This document shows positions 45,567-54,105 of a stretch of DNA of 64,000 nt, in pieces (position 1 is the first letter of the stretch; the number at the start of each line of letters is the position of its first letter). The stretch is from the IMG/VR virus record IMGVR_UViG_3300005529_000004, positions 1-64,000 of that record; one strand, given 5' to 3'. Source of the stretch: a virus. The position numbers and the translations under genes were made by a program. Under the pieces are notes generated by a model. The model was not told the origin of the DNA. It ran no database searches and saw only the letters and a list, made by a program, of their open reading frames with translations.

Positions 45567-45952
45567 CCGTCGAGGAGCTGACCGACCTGATCTACGTCCC
45601 GTTCGACCGCACGCCGGGTGAGGGGTCGTGGACGAGCGGCGGCTTCAATACCGTGGACGAGTCGAAGGTCGGCCCGTTCGGAAAGGAAGACGTTGCCGAG
45701 GTGCTCTACGGCGGTTCGTCGGGCGACGGGTGGGACGGCTGGGAGGCTGCCGTGATTCGCCTGAAGGACGGGCGGCTGGTGGCCTGGGCGTCGTTCTACG
45801 GGCCGACCGGCGATGGCTTCCACGAAGACGCCTATGGCGGCGACGCCGAGGTCTGGTTCTCTGGGCCGGACAACCTCTCGCTGCTGGTCAAGCAGGCGCT
45901 CGGCGACTGGCAGCGTCGCGGGCTGCGGATTCCCGAGGAGCTGTGGTCATGA
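45563..45952 (+). CDS. Hypothetical protein
   Basis: GTGA overlap; ..WDGWEAAVIRLKDGR.. Confidence 0.6.
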   Translation: MTVEELTDLIYVPFDRTPGEGSWTSGGFNTVDESKVGPFGKEDVAEVLYGGSSGDGWDGWEAAVIRLKDGRLVAWASFYGPTGDGFHEDAYGGDAEVWFSGPDNLSLLVKQALGDWQRRGLRIPEELWS

Positions 45953-46025
45953 GCCGCTTGAAGGTGGCGCTCGCCATCGTCGCCTGCCTGGGCCTCGCGG
46001 CCTACGGCGCGCGGGAGATGCTCTC

Positions 46026-46289
46026 ATGAGGGGCGCCGACTACATGGAGCCGCCGAGCGAGAGGCCGGTCGATCACAAGGCGGCGCTCAAGGCGGCGCAG
46101 CTCGACCACGACATCGCCGAGAAGAAGTCGCGGCTGCAGCGCAAGGCCGACCGTCGCGCTCGGCGCCGCTGCTTCTGGACGCGGCCGCGCGGCCACAACT
46201 GGGTCGGCTCGGCGCCGAGCGAGGCGAGCGACTTCCACTGTGCCAACTGCCCGGCGACCAAGACCGTGTCGGTGGACTATGGCTGGTAG
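46026..46289 (+). CDS. Hypothetical zinc-finger protein
   Basis: C...GHNW...CANC. Confidence 0.55.
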   Translation: MRGADYMEPPSERPVDHKAALKAAQLDHDIAEKKSRLQRKADRRARRRCFWTRPRGHNWVGSAPSEASDFHCANCPATKTVSVDYGW

Positions 46290-46308
46290 TTCAGGTAGGG
46301 TGAGCGCA

Positions 46309-47238
46309 TTGACTCCTGAACTGATCGTCACTCGCGGCATCCCCGGCTCAGGCAAGACGACCTGGGCGAAGGCGTGGGTCGCCGATGACCCGGTCAACCG
46401 GGCACGCATCAACCGCGACGACCTGCGGCTGATGCTCTACAACCGGGGCTACCCGCTCGACCCAGACCCGAAGATCGCCCACCGGCTGGAGACCAACCTC
46501 TCCGCCGCGCAGCAGGAGGCGGTGCGCGGGTTGCTGGAGGCGAAGCGCTCGGTGGTCGTGGACGACACGAACATCTCCTCGCGCTACCTGCGGGCTTGGC
46601 GGGAGCTGGCGCAGGACGCCGGTGCCGACTTCTCGGTCAACGACGACTTCTGCTCCGTGCCGCTCGACCTGTGCATCGAGCGCGACCGCCACTACACGCG
46701 TGGGACAATGGTCGGCGAGGTCGCGATCCGGCAGATGCACGCGCGGCTGCAGAATGCGCTCGGCAACGAGTCGCGCGGCACCGTCTTCTACGAGGACGGC
46801 GGCTACCGCTACCAGCCCGACTTCCGCCTGCCCTCCGCCTTCCTGCTCGACCTGGACGGCACGGCGGCGCTGCACGTAGACCGCTCGCCCTACGACTACT
46901 CGCGGGTCAACACCGACGAGCCGAACCAGCCGGTCATCGACCTGGCGAAGCAGCTCGTCTCAGCGGGCTGGGTCTGCATCTGCCTCTCGGGTCGCCCGGA
47001 TTCGTGCCGGGACGCGACCGAGGAGTGGCTGCGCTGGTCGGGCGTCCCCTGGCACTCGCTCTACATGCGTGAGGAGGGCGACACGCGCAAGGACGAGATC
47101 GTGAAGCTGGAGATCTTCCAGCAGATGATCGCCGACTACTGGCACGTTCGGCTGGCGCTCGATGACCGGAACCGGGTCGTCCGCATGTGGCGCCGGATCG
47201 GTCTGCTCTGCGCGCAGGTCGCGCCGGGAGCGTTCTAG
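46309..47238 (+). CDS. Polynucleotide 5'-kinase/3'-phosphatase (T4 PseT-like)
   Basis: GIPGSGKTT, NRDDLR, DDTN, DLDGT, SGR and DDR. Start is TTG 46309 or GTG 46300. Confidence 0.93.
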   Translation: MTPELIVTRGIPGSGKTTWAKAWVADDPVNRARINRDDLRLMLYNRGYPLDPDPKIAHRLETNLSAAQQEAVRGLLEAKRSVVVDDTNISSRYLRAWRELAQDAGADFSVNDDFCSVPLDLCIERDRHYTRGTMVGEVAIRQMHARLQNALGNESRGTVFYEDGGYRYQPDFRLPSAFLLDLDGTAALHVDRSPYDYSRVNTDEPNQPVIDLAKQLVSAGWVCICLSGRPDSCRDATEEWLRWSGVPWHSLYMREEGDTRKDEIVKLEIFQQMIADYWHVRLALDDRNRVVRMWRRIGLLCAQVAPGAF

Positions 47239-47316
47239 GCGGGCAACGGCCCGCCGGAGAATCTCCGTCCAGAGAACCTTGCTGGCGGCTGGTAGACTGG
47301 TTCTGAAAGGAGGGCT

Positions 47317-47814
47317 ATGGACGAGGAGTTCGAGATCGAGGTCGAGTTGGACTGGAGCGGCCAGGAGACGGTGCGCTCATTGCTCCGGCGGATCGACCGC
47401 AAGCTCGACAAGGTCCTCAAGCTCCTGCAGCACGCCGGGTCGGGACGTCCGGCGAGCGGCAGCTTCTTCTTCACGTCCCATGACGGAAAGGTGAGCATGG
47501 CCGACTTCACTCTGAAGGACACGGACCCGGCAGGCGTCGGAGCCGTCTCCTACGTGGATGCGGACGGCGCTCCGGCTGCGGCTGGTGCGGCGCCCGTGTG
47601 GTCGGTGGACGACCCGACGATCCTGGCGGTCACTCCCGCTGCGGATGGCCTGTCGGCGTCGATCGCACCGGCCCAGCCGCCGAAGCTCGGCACGGCCACC
47701 GTCACGGTCACCCTGACCAACCCGGACGGCTCCGTCGTCACGGTGTCGGCACAGGGCGCGGTCGTCGGCGGCGAGCCTGCCAGCGGCACGTTCGCGTTCA
47801 CGCCGGGCGCGTAG
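47317..47814 (+). CDS. Ig-like domain protein (possible virion decoration)
   Basis: WSVDDPTILAVTP..GTATVTVT. Confidence 0.6.
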   Translation: MDEEFEIEVELDWSGQETVRSLLRRIDRKLDKVLKLLQHAGSGRPASGSFFFTSHDGKVSMADFTLKDTDPAGVGAVSYVDADGAPAAAGAAPVWSVDDPTILAVTPAADGLSASIAPAQPPKLGTATVTVTLTNPDGSVVTVSAQGAVVGGEPASGTFAFTPGA

Positions 47815-47852
47815 CTCGGCAAGGCCTCCCGGTTCGAATCCGGGTCGCGCTA
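47806..47852 (+). ncRNA. Truncated tRNA-like element (acceptor stem plus T-arm only)
   Basis: GGCGCG-TAGCTC..CCCGG-TTCGAAT-CCGGG-T-CGCGCT-A; anticodon arm absent. Confidence 0.55.
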
Positions 47853-47936
47853 CGGCGCGGGAACCAGGTGATTCAGGCGCCCTGGCAGCAAGAGCCTCCC
47901 TCGGGAGGCTCTGCTGGTGCTGGGTAGAGTTGGAGT

Positions 47937-48461
47937 GTGGGATACGCGCCGGTCAGCCTCATCACGATCGGGCCGGAGCCGCCGGGGTCGGGCAGCGGAG
48001 AGCTGACCGTCACCGAGGGCGAAGGGCCGAAGTTCTCCGCCGCTCCGTGGAAGGGCCTCGTCTGGCCGACGAACGACATCCCGCAGCTCGGCGTCAATGC
48101 CTGCGAGATCGAGGTCAACAACGTCAACGGAGACGTGCTGTCCTTCGACCGCGACGACCCGACGATCGACATCCACGCCGGGCTGCAGGTCGCCGAGATT
48201 CAGGCCATCCCGCTGCACGGGATCGGTGGCTCGATCACGCTGTCTGCCGTGTTCGCTTCCGCGAGCGGACCGTACACCGCGCTCCTGCGCTCGCCGTCCG
48301 GCTCGCTGTCCTCCCCGGCGGCTGTCGATGGCGGAGCCGGGAGCGCCTGGTACGGCTTCGCGCCGAACCGCAGCGGCACCTGGGCGTTCCAGTTCGAGGA
48401 CTCGCTCGGCGACCGCTCTCCCGAGCAGGAGTTCTTCGTGCCCTTCGTAGGCACGGAGTAG
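47937..48461 (+). CDS. Hypothetical beta-rich protein
   Basis: GTG 6 nt after GGTAGAGT. Confidence 0.65.
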   Translation: MGYAPVSLITIGPEPPGSGSGELTVTEGEGPKFSAAPWKGLVWPTNDIPQLGVNACEIEVNNVNGDVLSFDRDDPTIDIHAGLQVAEIQAIPLHGIGGSITLSAVFASASGPYTALLRSPSGSLSSPAAVDGGAGSAWYGFAPNRSGTWAFQFEDSLGDRSPEQEFFVPFVGTE

Positions 48462-48470
48462 GCTGACAGC

Positions 48471-48851
48471 ATGGGCCGCGTCCAGATTCCTGTCGCCCGC
48501 GTCACGCGCTCCGGCATCGGAGGCTCGGCGTTCGTCCAGGGCGACGACCAGAACAAGATGTACTTCGCCAACAACGCCGGGAACACCTGGCTTCTGGCGG
48601 TCAACGACGACGCGGCCGACGCCTACGTCGGCGCCGAGTTCGCTACGCCGCAGCTCGACACGGTTCCGACGCCGGACCGCCTGGCCACGGTGCCCGCAGG
48701 CGGCTCGGCCTGGATCGGGACCTTCCCGCGCATGTGGTACAACCAGGACGACAACAGCGTCTGGATCAACCCCGGCACCGGCCCGGCCCATCCGACCACG
48801 CCGACCTGGGTCAACCTCTGGTTCAAGGCCTTCGACTTCCAGGACATCTAG
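48471..48851 (+). CDS. Hypothetical, probable virion protein
   Basis: Leaderless after TAGGCT; ..VPAGGSAWIGTFP..YNQ. Confidence 0.65.
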   Translation: MGRVQIPVARVTRSGIGGSAFVQGDDQNKMYFANNAGNTWLLAVNDDAADAYVGAEFATPQLDTVPTPDRLATVPAGGSAWIGTFPRMWYNQDDNSVWINPGTGPAHPTTPTWVNLWFKAFDFQDI

Positions 48852-49267
48852 TGGCAGACGAGATCGTCAACGTTCGAGGATGCGCGCGCTGCGGTGGGAC
48901 GCACGATGGGCTGGCGTTCAAGAGCCTCGATGCGCCGATCGTGGAGTCGGACGGCACGATCCTCACCCACTCCGCGCCCTGCCCGAAGACGGGTCGCGCG
49001 ATCCTGCTCGGGACGGCGCCGGTCGGCAAGGCGAACAGCATCCCGGCGGCGGTCAACTATCGCCCGGCCAGCGCGCCTGGCGAGTCGTGTGCGACCTGCG
49101 CCTACTTCGACGTCGAGACCGCGCGCTGTGCCATGTTCGACGTCACCGTCTCGCCGAAGTACGTCTGCGACAAGTGGAGCGACGTCGTGAAGCGCATCGT
49201 GCGCGGAGTCGCACAGGCAACCGAGTTCAAGCTGGCGAAGCTCAGAAAGGCGGCGCGCTGTGGCTAG
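48851..49267 (+). CDS. Zinc ribbon plus HiPIP-like 4-Cys domain protein
   Basis: VNY-x8-CATCAYF-x6-C-x6-VSPKYVCDKW. Confidence 0.6.
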   Translation: MADEIVNVRGCARCGGTHDGLAFKSLDAPIVESDGTILTHSAPCPKTGRAILLGTAPVGKANSIPAAVNYRPASAPGESCATCAYFDVETARCAMFDVTVSPKYVCDKWSDVVKRIVRGVAQATEFKLAKLRKAARCG

Positions 49268-50303
49268 CCCTGTTCCGCATCCCCTGCCCTCGTGGTGGGA
49301 CGAGGCGTGCGACTACCGCTACGGCATCCTGCCGAGCAAGCCGCGCCCGAAGGACATCCCGCACCTCACTCGCCCGCAGTACGACTGGTGCTTCGAGCAG
49401 TGGGCCGAGTTCGACGCGTGGAACACCTGGAAGGACAAGGGCGGACCGCGTCCGGCGGTCTGGCACCTCGTCCCGCTGTGGGCGTGGCGCCTGCGGCACG
49501 AGCTGCTGCACGCGCATCCGAAGCCGCCGAAGCCTCCGCCTGCTCACCCGGAGCCGGTCAGCATCTGGAAGAACCCGCCCTGGAAGGGGCGTGGCATCCA
49601 CATCGCCTGGGGCTTCGAGTCGGGCGACTGGACACCGGCGCAGATTGCCGCGCGCCTGCACAAGGCTGGCTTCTCGTGGGCCGCGCTGGAGGGCAGTCCG
49701 GCGCTGCAGAACGAGCAGTTCATGGCCGACTTCGTGGCGGCGCAGCACGAGCTGGGCATGAAGGCGATCCTCTGGGAGCGCAGCGACGTGCAGAAGGACT
49801 ACCCGGAGCCGCGCCTCGACCACGTGACCCGGCTGCTCACGACCTACGGCTTCGACGCGTATGGCGCCGACATCGAGGAGTTCCCGATCGACACGCCGGA
49901 CTTCCCTACGGCCTTCGCCAACGCTCACCCGACCTTCCCTCGCGTCACGCTGTGTGCGGGCATGGCCGACGCGGTCTACTACCAGACCTGGATCGCAGCG
50001 GGCTGGGACTGCATGACCGAGGCGTACTCGGGCATGGCCGGTGTCGCGCCGGGCGTCGGGATCGCAGGCGCGATGGACAGCGACGCCTTCTGGCGCGGCT
50101 TCCCTCGCAACGCCGTCCCGAAGCCTGGTCTCTGGGGAGGCAACGGAACGGGGCCGCACACGTGGCCGATCATCGAAGTCAACGCCGAGAAGAACCCTGG
50201 TCTCGCTCCGCAGCTCAGCGCCGTCGCTCCCTGGGGCGACAACTACTCCATCTGGGACGCCGAGCAGATGCAGGACGCGGACTGGGCCGTCTACGGTGCT
50301 TGA
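49260..50303 (+). CDS. Putative glycoside-hydrolase-like (TIM barrel) protein
   Basis: Trp-rich N-domain, Pro linker, then GIHIAW..FDAYGADIEE..MTEAY..YSIW. Confidence 0.5.
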   Translation: MASPVPHPLPSWWDEACDYRYGILPSKPRPKDIPHLTRPQYDWCFEQWAEFDAWNTWKDKGGPRPAVWHLVPLWAWRLRHELLHAHPKPPKPPPAHPEPVSIWKNPPWKGRGIHIAWGFESGDWTPAQIAARLHKAGFSWAALEGSPALQNEQFMADFVAAQHELGMKAILWERSDVQKDYPEPRLDHVTRLLTTYGFDAYGADIEEFPIDTPDFPTAFANAHPTFPRVTLCAGMADAVYYQTWIAAGWDCMTEAYSGMAGVAPGVGIAGAMDSDAFWRGFPRNAVPKPGLWGGNGTGPHTWPIIEVNAEKNPGLAPQLSAVAPWGDNYSIWDAEQMQDADWAVYGA

Positions 50304-51345
50304 TGCGCGGCTGTTCTCCGTAGGGAAGAACGTCGTCCCGCCACCCGAGTGGCGTCCGACCGCCGCGATCGACTTCGACGGCGTGCTGCACCACTACACC
50401 GGCGACGGCGCCACGACGCCGGTCGCGGTCGATGATCCGCCCGTCGAGGGCGCGATCGAGTGGCTGACGGCGATGCGCGAGATCTTCGACGTCGTGGTTT
50501 TCAGCTCGCGCGGCCGGGACACCGGGGACGTGCTCACGGTGCAGCGCTGGTTGGAGGCGCACGGGCACGGCGACATTCCGGTTACCGCGATCAAGCCCAT
50601 CGCGCACGTCTACGTGGACGATCGGGGCTGGCGCTTCGAGGGGCCTGGTAAGTTCCCCGACCCGCAGGTCCTGCTCAGCGCCCGTCCGTGGTGGTCGGAG
50701 GCCGACACGGGCGCGGACGCGCTCGCACGGGGCCTCTACCGCGAAGCCGTGCGGCACGAACCGGAGACCACCGCGTTTATGGAGCAGGCGGCGCGCGCCA
50801 CGGGCGGCTATCTCGGCGGGCTGGAGTTCCGCTGGAAGGACCCGACGACGCTCGCGGCCAAGATCAAGGCGGTCGCCGAGCGCGACGACTCGACCCTGGA
50901 GGACGCGGCCGGGCATGTCTACGACGCGCTCCGCTACACGCTGATCTACCCGACGATCGACTACACGGACGGCGTTCGAGCGGCGCTCGCGGACCTGCCG
51001 CTCACGGTCCAGCGACTCCGCAACTACTGGACAGGCACGCCGGGCAGCCAGCGATTCCTGCCGGGCACCTACGTCGGAATCAACGCTGTTCTCAGAACCG
51101 ACGACGGATTCCCGGTTGAGCTGCAGTTCCACACGCCGGAGGGCCGCGCCGCCAACGGCGCCAACCAGCTCCTCTACCAGATGGTCGATGACGCGTCGCT
51201 GACGCCGGAGGACGCTCAGCGAATCGGCGACGAGATGCGGGCGAACGTGGACGCCGTGCCGAGGCCCGAGGGAGTGCAGAATATAGGCGCGACCGCTAAG
51301 CTCGCCGCAGCCCTGCTCAGCGTGCCGGGGCCGACCACGCTCTGA
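50296..51345 (+). CDS. HAD phosphatase fused to a RelA/SpoT-type (SAS) nucleotidyltransferase
   Basis: IDFDGVLH..FSSR..KP.A.VYVDDR, then FRWKD..LAAKI..DALRYT..NYW..YVGIN..VELQFHT. Confidence 0.8.
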   Translation: MLDARLFSVGKNVVPPPEWRPTAAIDFDGVLHHYTGDGATTPVAVDDPPVEGAIEWLTAMREIFDVVVFSSRGRDTGDVLTVQRWLEAHGHGDIPVTAIKPIAHVYVDDRGWRFEGPGKFPDPQVLLSARPWWSEADTGADALARGLYREAVRHEPETTAFMEQAARATGGYLGGLEFRWKDPTTLAAKIKAVAERDDSTLEDAAGHVYDALRYTLIYPTIDYTDGVRAALADLPLTVQRLRNYWTGTPGSQRFLPGTYVGINAVLRTDDGFPVELQFHTPEGRAANGANQLLYQMVDDASLTPEDAQRIGDEMRANVDAVPRPEGVQNIGATAKLAAALLSVPGPTTL

Positions 51346-51401
51346 GGCGCGGACCCGCAAGGTGTGGTTGGATTCGGCCGCGCGCCCGTGGTACGCTGAG
51401 C

Positions 51402-51517
51402 AGTCCTATACCCCGAGCTGGAAGGAGGACCCTCCGAGGCAGCCGCTAGCCGGGAAGACCCGGACCCTAGACAGGTCGGACAAGAAACCGAGGCCCGCGC
51501 AAGCGGGCCTCCCTTCT
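51402..51517 (+). ncRNA. Candidate sRNA
   Basis: TGG-TACGCT -10 at about 51391; hairpins GTCCT..AGGAC and CCGGG..CCCGG; terminator GAGGCCCGC-gcaa-GCGGGCCTC. Confidence 0.4.
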
Positions 51518-51550
51518 TCCGGCACGGATGGCGCCGGTAGACTTCCTCCC

Positions 51551-51817
51551 GTGAGCATCACGATCAACAAGGTCAACCGGGCGGACGGCACGTACGACGT
51601 GTCGGCAACCGGCGCGGACGACACGGCCCTGGCAGCGCTCAACGGCGAGGCCACCGGACCCGGCGATGCCGGGCGCAACGACGGCGAGTTCTGCGAGCTG
51701 ATCGGCACCAGCCGGTACCTCGTGACCGCCGGAGTGCTTCGGGCGCAGGGCGTCTCGGGCTTCGCCGCCCCGCAGTACACCGGCGACGCTTCGGCCTACT
51801 CCTTCAAGGGAGTCTAG
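51551..51817 (+). CDS. Small protein, paralog array member 1
   Basis: Leaderless GTG after GGTAGACT; ITINKVNRADGT. Confidence 0.7.
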   Translation: MSITINKVNRADGTYDVSATGADDTALAALNGEATGPGDAGRNDGEFCELIGTSRYLVTAGVLRAQGVSGFAAPQYTGDASAYSFKGV

Positions 51818-51821
51818 GCTC

Positions 51822-52025
51822 ATGCCGCAGGTGGACTACCCGGTCCTCGCGGGGTCCGCAGCCGACACCGCGCTCCAGGCGAAGACGCCGACGACCGGCG
51901 GCTTCAAGGTGCAGGTCACGAAGTCCGCGCATGCGGACGGCCTCGACACCTTCAACGAGCAGCTCATCATGAGCTACGAGCGCGCCCGCAAGCACCTCCA
52001 GGCTGGCACCGGCGAGCTGCTCTAG
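51822..52025 (+). CDS. Small protein
   Basis: GSAADTALQA resembles member 1. Confidence 0.65.
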   Translation: MPQVDYPVLAGSAADTALQAKTPTTGGFKVQVTKSAHADGLDTFNEQLIMSYERARKHLQAGTGELL

Positions 52026-52034
52026 GGACCTGGC

Positions 52035-52283
52035 ATGACGCCGTCCCTGGTCAAGTTCAACCGGGCCGACAACACGGCTCTCGTCACCGGCGCCTACGGG
52101 GACTTCTCGGGCTACAAGCACTCGACCGACTACCCGGCGGCGCAGTACGTCTCAGCGTTCTGGGCGGACGAGGTGGACGGCGAGGCGGTCATCGAGGACG
52201 TGGACGGCTCGGTGCTGCCGGGCACGAATCCTGCCTGGGTCATCAGCCGGGCGCTCGCGGTCAACCTCGGCCTGACCAACTAG
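52035..52283 (+). CDS. Small protein, paralog array member
   Basis: LVKFNRADNT..ISRALA. Confidence 0.7.
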   Translation: MTPSLVKFNRADNTALVTGAYGDFSGYKHSTDYPAAQYVSAFWADEVDGEAVIEDVDGSVLPGTNPAWVISRALAVNLGLTN

Positions 52284-52292
52284 GCGGCGGGC

Positions 52293-52544
52293 GTGCCGAT
52301 CACGCTGGTGCGGATCGACCGCACCTACAACGCGTACTGGGTCACGGCGTCGGGCGCAGAGGAGGCGCAGCTCCAGGCGATGGACGGCTACGTCGATTCG
52401 ACGGCTGCGTCTGGCTCGGAGGGCATCGCGGACGGATCGAAGCAGTGGGTGGACCAGGGCAGCAACCGCTCGCTGGGATCGCAGTACCGGATCAGCCGCG
52501 CAGCGGCCGAGGCGATGGGCGTCATCGCCCCAGGCACGCCGTAG
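52293..52544 (+). CDS. Small protein, paralog array member
   Basis: ITLVRIDRT..ISRAAA. Confidence 0.7.
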   Translation: MPITLVRIDRTYNAYWVTASGAEEAQLQAMDGYVDSTAASGSEGIADGSKQWVDQGSNRSLGSQYRISRAAAEAMGVIAPGTP

Positions 52545-52568
52545 CAGCGAGCCGGTAGACTCTCAGCC

Positions 52569-53330
52569 GTGCAGCTCTGGCGGACGATCAAGCTCGGGAC
52601 GACCGGCGCCGACGCGAAGGCGGCGAAGCGTGCGCTCGCGCGTGCAGGCTACGGTCCCGGCAAGCTTGCGGGCCTGACGCCGGTGTTCGGGCCATTCTCC
52701 GTGCGCTGGCTGAACCAGTGGAAGAAGACGGTCAGCCTGCCGCAGAACGGCCAGATTCAGCAGCCCGCGCTCGATGCGCTGTGGCCCTGGTTCGACGCCT
52801 ACGCGCGCAAGCTCTACGCCAGCTACAAGCCTCCGGCGGTGTACGTCAACCCGTTCGCACACTCGAAGGGCCTCGTACCCGAGCGCACCGACGACGGCGT
52901 GGACTACGGCGGCAACGCCGGGTCGCCGATCGGAGCGCTGGGGCGTTCGAAGATCATCGAGGCGACGACCGATTCGCACTGGCCGGGACCCTACGGCAAC
53001 CCGTCCGGCTTCAACGGACACGGCGGGCTGATCCACGGCGTCTTCCTCGACGGCCCGAACGCTGGTGAGGAGTGGTACCTGGCGGAGTACATCCACGTGG
53101 ACTGCGGTGTGGGTGACGTCGTCCTGCCGGGCCAGCAGATTGCTCGGTTCTACCACGACGCGAACACGGGCGTCGGTATCGAGTACGGCTTCGGGATCGG
53201 CGGCGACCACCAGTCCGCCACCGAAGCAGGTAAGGCGTGGGCGCGGCTGCTGCTCTCCACCGGCGCTCCGGTCCGCGACGATCCGGGTCCTGGGTCGTCT
53301 CTGTCCCCGTTCGGAAAGGTGGTTCAGTAA
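52569..53330 (+). CDS. Endolysin-like: peptidoglycan-binding domain plus M23-like domain
   Basis: LGTTGADAKAAKRAL..FG....V..W; then GVDYGG..GSPI.A..VGDVV.PGQQIA. The zinc-binding His residues are not obvious. Confidence 0.65.
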   Translation: MQLWRTIKLGTTGADAKAAKRALARAGYGPGKLAGLTPVFGPFSVRWLNQWKKTVSLPQNGQIQQPALDALWPWFDAYARKLYASYKPPAVYVNPFAHSKGLVPERTDDGVDYGGNAGSPIGALGRSKIIEATTDSHWPGPYGNPSGFNGHGGLIHGVFLDGPNAGEEWYLAEYIHVDCGVGDVVLPGQQIARFYHDANTGVGIEYGFGIGGDHQSATEAGKAWARLLLSTGAPVRDDPGPGSSLSPFGKVVQ

Positions 53331-53419
53331 TGCTCGCCGACATCACCATCTCGTTCTGGCAGCTCATCCTGGGCATCCTCGCGGTGCTGGCGATCATCTG
53401 GTTTGTGAGGCACCTCTAG
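53330..53419 (+). CDS. 29-aa single-TM peptide (holin/antiholin-like)
   Basis: Hydrophobic peptide between two lysin genes. Confidence 0.55.
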   Translation: MLADITISFWQLILGILAVLAIIWFVRHL

Positions 53420-54105
53420 TGCCGTTCGCCGGGCCGCAGCTCATGCCGCGCGTCTTCGCCAAGTACGCGGCGAAGCACTGGGGAGGCATCGGCCTGATCA
53501 AGGCCGTGGCCACGGCGCACTCCGAGTCGCAGCTCTACGTCGGCGCATGGCACGACAATCTCGACGCGAACGGCAAGGTCGTCTCGCGCGACTGCGGCAT
53601 CTTCCAGATCAACATCCCGGCCTCCCAGATCGGCACGCCTGCCGAGGCAGCGCTGCGGACCGAGAGCACCGACCCAGCCATCTGGGTCCCGGTGGTCGAG
53701 AACAGCGTCGAGGCAGCGCTGAAGCTCTACGACCAGCCCTGGACGCGCGACGGCAAGCCCGACCTCCGCAAGTGGGAGCCGTGGTACGGCTACACGCTCG
53801 GCTACGCGACCTGGGCGGAGTGGTGGGTCTTCCACCAGGAGCCTGCGCCACCGCACTGGTTCTACACCGGGAGGCACGTCCAGAAGGCCATCCCCGGCGT
53901 CGCCAACTACCACCTCCTGATCGCGGCCGACTGGTCCGGCGAGGAGGCGCTCGCCTTCGCGAAGAAGATGCAGGGTGTCTTCAGGATCGAGGGCACGCTG
54001 AAGCTGACGGACAAGGGCGTAACCTGGGGCAGCTTCCCTGCCGAGCCGACTGCACCACCGGCAGACGGTGTCGGCCCGAAGCCGACGCCGAACGACGGCG
54101 CCTAG
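53419..54105 (+). CDS. Lysozyme-like/lytic transglycosylase
   Basis: AVATAHSES..DCGIFQIN..WEPW. Confidence 0.7.
   Translation: MPFAGPQLMPRVFAKYAAKHWGGIGLIKAVATAHSESQLYVGAWHDNLDANGKVVSRDCGIFQINIPASQIGTPAEAALRTESTDPAIWVPVVENSVEAALKLYDQPWTRDGKPDLRKWEPWYGYTLGYATWAEWWVFHQEPAPPHWFYTGRHVQKAIPGVANYHLLIAADWSGEEALAFAKKMQGVFRIEGTLKLTDKGVTWGSFPAEPTAPPADGVGPKPTPNDGA

Noticed and set aside
51393-51490. Hammerhead ribozyme
   Set aside because: CTGAGCA does not match CUGANGA, and the GAAA is not placed after a matching stem II.
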